Shown here in pieces: positions 58,868 through 64,000 of a DNA stretch of 64,000 bases (its first letter is position 1; each line of letters starts with the position of its first letter). A program made the position numbers and the translations under genes. The notes below the pieces were generated by a model. That model had not been told where the DNA came from, ran no database searches, and saw only the letters and a list, made by a program, of their open reading frames with translations. Origin of the DNA: a virus (lineage: Duplodnaviria > Caudoviricetes); IMG/VR virus record IMGVR_UViG_3300013947_000036, positions 5,787 through 69,786 of that record; one strand, written 5' to 3'.

Positions 58868-61447
58868 TTATTGCATTGCTTCTTCGAAGCTTCCACCAGT
58901 TGTCAATGCAATGAAATCAATCAATATGAATTCAGCAGTCTTAGTAGGTTTAATTCCTATTTTAACTTTCAATTCATTTCTGTCAATTACTTCAGGAGTA
59001 TTAGTAGTTTCATCACAGATTATTTTATAATCATATATTCCACCACCAATTTTTGCAGCTTTCATATATGGATCTATAGCATCAACTAAACGTTGACGTG
59101 TATATGCAGTATTTCCTTCATAAACAAAATATCTTGCAACTTTATATGCTTGACGTTCAAGTCTAAGGAATAATCTGCGAACATTTACACGATCAAATGC
59201 AGAAGCTGCAACTTGGAAAGTCTTTTGACCTTCTAGAACAATTCCATCTGATGGATAATTGATTGCATAATTCCAATTCTTTTCATAGATTGAACCAGCT
59301 TGTTTAGCATTAGGACTGAAAGCTACATCAGTTGCAGAAATTACACCTCTATTCAAACCAGCTGGAGCATCCCAATAGTTGAAATTGACATCAGTATTGA
59401 TGTAAACGCCCATAGCTTTGATTGAAGGTGGAAGCCAGAATAAATCTCCAGAGAATTCATCTGCTATTTCAAACCAATCTATATATCCAGCACCATAGTT
59501 TGTGTTTAGACCAGTGACAAATTTGATGTATGGAAGAATATTTGCATCAATTGTATTAGTTGGTTTTGATGATCTTATGATTTTCTTTTGTCCAGAAATT
59601 ACTAATGGTCTTGGACATTCTGTTATGAACATGCAATCTTTTCTTGTTTTTTTGCAAAATGTGTCATATTTTTGTACAACAGTTTTCCATGTTTTAATTG
59701 CAGCATTATTTGAATCACATTTCCAGCTTGCAATCAATGGAGTTTCTCCATCTGAAGCTAGTTCTGTTAAATTGTATTTTCCAGATTTTTCATATACTGC
59801 TTTTATGAATGATGCAATATTTGAAATACCAGCATCACAAACAATGTCAATGTCTCTTTCATTGATATCAGACACTTTTTCAAATGATTTATTCAAACCA
59901 TCATATATTGATTTGTCAATTGATATATTTTCAACTGTTTGTTCTTCATAAAAACCTAGAATACCAGTTATTCCAAGTGGTTTAGCAATATGGATATCTA
60001 AGCTATTATAATAATTATTTTTTGCTGTTTTAGTATTGTAGCAATTTGAAAATAGATAGATATAATTTGAAGAATTATTTACAATTCTGTCAATGAATTT
60101 TGATGCACCAGTATTTTGATCTTTTTCATCTTTTTGAAGTGATCCACAGAAAGCTTCAACTGGTTCAAATGCAATCTTGTTGCCTTCAGCTGAATCTACA
60201 TACATCTTGAATACAATAACACCAATGTCTTTTAGATGTTCACGTTTGAAACTAGATAATGTTGAATCATATTCAATTGTTGAAAAGTATTCATTAGCAT
60301 CAAATGAAACTGTTTCTGGAAGAGCATTGTCACCATCTTCTGCATTCCATGTCATTCTATTGTTGTATATAGCTTCAGTTTCAAGAACATTTTCTCTAAA
60401 ATCACCAATTGTATCTTCTGAATCATCATCAATTGAAATTGAAAGCTAATCTTTAACATCTGAAAATATAGGATTATCATTTAACAAATCATTGAATTCA
60501 CTTACTTTAGTAGCTAAAGTTTCATTACCAATGTTTGTATCACTAACTGCAGTCAATGATGTATTTAATTGTTTATTTAAACTATCTATAACAGTTTTGA
60601 AATCACCTAATGTATCTAAAATACTTTCAATTGAAGCATATGCTTGTTTGTAATTCTTATATGCACTGTTCAACTGTTTAACTAGATCATGATTTATTGC
60701 ATAAACAAATTCATCTTTATCATTAACATATCCAGATGAAATAGTATTTTCACCATATAGTGTTTTGCATTCACCAATGACTTCAAAATATTTAGCATTT
60801 TGTGGTTCAACATTTATTAGGCTTTGTGCATAAAGTGCATTTGCTGCTGTAGTTATGACTGGCAATATTCCAATCATTTCACGATCTTGACCTTTTCTAT
60901 GGTCTTCTGGAATCTTCTTATATGTTGCGCATGTTTTGTCAACTATCAAAATTGTGTCATTTGCAACTTTTTTTTCATCAGTTCTATATTCATCTACCTC
61001 TGATTGTGAATACATTGTAGGTTCTTGTGCACCATTAATGACAGCTACTTTGTTGATTGTTTTATCAACAGCTGAAATGCAATCTATGACAGTTGACAAT
61101 TGCAAATCACTAGTCAAAACTGATGTATCTTGCATAGTGTTAACATTATATTTGTAGCCAACTAATTTTTCAAATGATTCATTGTCATATGGAAGACGTG
61201 CACAATAAAGTCTTCCATTTTGATTCAAAACTTCAATGCATGCATTGTAGAAATATTTTTCTGCTTCATTGTCTGGTTCACCATAATAATTAGTCCATGC
61301 AGCACGTGTTGTAAACTCCATTGGCTAATATGCTTCACCTTTATTTGCAAAACCTGCAATATAGCATGTGGTTCCTGTCATTGCAGGACTATATTGTGAT
61401 TTATCTATTTCTTTGATTTCAACACCAGGTGCTGTTATAACTCTCAT
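58868..61447 (-). CDS. gp18: Tail sheath protein, gp18-like (copy 1)
   Basis: APGVEIKEID, WDAPAGLNRG, AFDRVNVRRLF, CDETTNTPEVIDRNEL; 859 aa. Confidence 0.92.
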
Positions 61448-61511
61448 TGTTTATATCCTTTAAATTAATTTAAGTTGATGAATTTTCTATTATCTATTTA
61501 CTTTTATATTT

Positions 61512-63869
61512 TTAAGATTTAAGTACTTCTTCATTGATATTTGCACTTTGGTTTGTGATGATATAATCTAGAATAATCCATTCTATAGATTTGACTGGTT
61601 TGATTGCAATTGCACAACGTAATTCATTGTTATCAATAGTCTATTGAGTATTGTTTGTTTCATCACAACGAATGATATATTCATTCAAACCATAGCTGTT
61701 TTTAGCATCTTCAAATATTGGACGAATTGTATCTACAAACTTTTGTCTGATATATTCAGTGTTTCCTTCATACAAGAAGAATTTAGCAAAATATTTTGTT
61801 TGTTTTTCTAGATAAAGCATTAAACGTCTGACATTTATACGATCTAATGCAGTTTGTTCAATTTGGAATGTTTTTTGGCCTTCTAGAACAATTCCATCTA
61901 TTGGATAGTTTATTGCATAATTCCATGCAGATTGATATATTTTTCCAGCTTCATCATTTTTTGGTGAAAATGCAGTATCATATACATTTATCAATTTTCC
62001 TCTGTTCATACCAGCTGGAGCATCCCAAGGATGATAATAAGTATCAATGTAAGTGTAAACACCAGCAGCTTTAATTGATGGTGGCAGCCAGAAGAAATCA
62101 TCAGTATATGCATCTTTTACATAAAACCAATTGCAATAGCCAGCAGAATATGATGAATTAAGAGCTATTACTTTTTTGATGTTTGGAAGTATGCTATTTT
62201 CAATAGTGTTTTTAAGATTTGTTGATCTGACTATTTTTTGGTTTCCATTCAAGCAAAATGGTCTTAAAACATCTGCAATAAAAATACAGTCATGACGCAT
62301 ATTTTTGCAAAAATTGTCATATTTTTGCAAGATAGTCTTCCATGCTGTTGTTCCATCATCTAATTTCCAATATGTTGTGTTTTGATTTTCAGAAAAACTA
62401 TCATCACTATTTTCTTTTAGTTGCAGTTTTTTGAATATATCTGGATATTGTTCAGCATTGTAAGAAACTAATGGTCTAATTTGTTGATCATAAACTGAAT
62501 ATGAACCATAATTGTTTACATATTGAGCTATATTTGAAACACCAGCATCACAAACAATATCAATATCTATATAATTTGGATCTTGAAGTTTATTGAAAAT
62601 TTTATTCAATGGTTCTATTATGCTATTTGTATAGTCAATATTTTTTATGCATTCATCTTCTTTGAATCCTAAAATACATGCAATCTAGTTTTGTATCATG
62701 ATAGTAGATGCATTATTGTAAGACTATGTTATAGCTACATTGCTGAAAAAGTTTATGAATTGTGAATTAGAATTTATAATGTCATCTATAAATATTGAAC
62801 TATTTGTGTTTTTGTCTTTAGCTTTTTTGTCTAATGCACCAACAAATGATTCAACTGGAGTAAAACTTAATTTTTTTCTGTCACCTTGATTAGCATAGAC
62901 TTTGAAGACAACAACACCAATTTGTTTTAAATATGTTCTATCTAAATAATTTTCTTGCTAGAAATTGATAATTGGAAATTGTTTAGCTGCAATTTTTGAA
63001 ATTGACTAATCATTTATAGAAAATGAACTTAATGGTAAATCAAAATTCTATGAAAACAATTTTGTTGATGAATATGCAGATAAATATGTTCCTTGTCTGT
63101 TTTTTGCATCTGATATTGTGTTGTATTTGCTAATTTTTTCTGATACTTCTGCTCCAGACAATTCATTTGATGTATCATCATTGATTTTAGTTGTATCTGT
63201 TATTATTCCTTGAAAATACATAGCATTTATTGGTGAAACAATAACTGGCATTATTCCTAGTAATTCTTCAGATTTTTCAATTATTTTAGTGTTAGCACTA
63301 AATGAACTCAACATGTTTATTTTTTCATATTGCTTTCTAGTGATATCAACTATTTGTATAGTGTTTTTTTCAATAATTTGTTCACCAGTTTTATATTTGT
63401 CTAAGTCTTCAAGCGATATTAATGCATTAGCTGATGCAACATTATTTATATTGACATATGAAGATATAGTTGAATCAATAGCTTTTAAATCTTCTAGATA
63501 ATCATAACTATTGTCAATATTTTGCAATACAATTTCACTATCAACTTTATATTTTAAACTTGTAAATTTATCTTTGCTTAAATTGTCATATGGAAGTCTA
63601 GACATCAAAAGAATTCCACCTCTATTCAAAATTTCTATACCAGCATTATAAAAATATTTTTCTGGTTCATTAGTTGGCTAACCAAATGTGTCATTTAAAG
63701 TTTGCAAAGAATTTATCCATTGTGTATCATAATTGATACCTTTGTCTGCAAAACCACAAATTAATGTAGTAGTGTTAACAATACTATAATCTGGTTTATT
63801 GTTATACTAAGATCTATCTATTTCATTAATTTCAATGCCTGGTGAATTTCTTTTTCTACTTATTGCCAT
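61512..63869 (-). CDS. gp18: Tail sheath protein, gp18-like (copy 2)
   Basis: SPGIEINEID, WDAPAGMNRG, ALDRINVRRLM, CDETNNT; 785 aa. Confidence 0.9.
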
Positions 63870-63889
63870 TGTTAAACTTTCTAAATAAC

Positions 63890-64000
63890 TACTATTTCAT
63901 ATTTACTTTTTGAAAAAAAAATTATTTTTTTTTTGAAAATAGTTTATGTTTTTATTTTCTAGGAAAGTATTAATATATAAAAAACATTTATGTTGTTTAT
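63890..64000. repeat. Second copy of the 112-bp upstream repeat (includes the promoter motif at 63900-63910)
   Basis: Near-identical to 33563-33674; may extend beyond the window. Confidence 0.9.

Noticed and set aside
24981-60449. Antisense ORFs of 60-175 aa opposite structural genes (e.g. 25788-26312, 43341-43757, 59502-59951)
   Set aside because: Shadow frames of biased real genes; no motifs or promoters
41717-63869. Split capsid, sheath and protease ORFs as introns, inteins or pseudogenes
   Set aside because: The fragments are in frame and separated only by single TAG codons
1-64000. Suppressor tRNA, other tRNA or rRNA genes
   Set aside because: No cloverleaf or rRNA-like sequence recognised by eye; a tRNAscan/Infernal run is needed to exclude them
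1-64000. Firm assignment to Lak phage or a Prevotella host
   Set aside because: Code 15, low GC and T4-like genes are compatible but not diagnostic without a sequence search

Overview
AT-rich segment of a large T4-like (contractile-tailed) jumbo/megaphage genome that reads TAG as Gln (genetic code 15). Most fragments in the supplied ORF track join through in-frame TAGs into full genes ending in TAA/TGA. From left to right: (i) an AT-rich accessory island (1-12 kb) with six radical SAM genes, a PLP aminotransferase, a GT32, a deacetylase, a TnpB relic and a protein with a hidden Cys-rich tail; (ii) tail-fibre, baseplate and tape-measure genes (12-35 kb); (iii) tail tube, major capsid, scaffold and prohead protease genes interleaved with eight related endonuclease genes (35-59 kb); (iv) a QueC-like/methyltransferase/glycosyltransferase cluster; (v) two TnpB elements, one a complete IS607-type element, whose ends lie in the same endonuclease gene; (vi) two tandem tail-sheath paralogues. 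Non-coding highlights: six copies of a 50-52 bp hairpin mini-element with IS200/IS605-like ends (one nested in another, four abutting TATAAT-like boxes just upstream of start codons), a recurrent candidate late promoter AAAAGTAAATA, and long inverted and direct repeats. Readthrough coordinates were derived by hand; family calls rest on motifs only, and no database search was run. No tRNA, rRNA or CRISPR array was seen.
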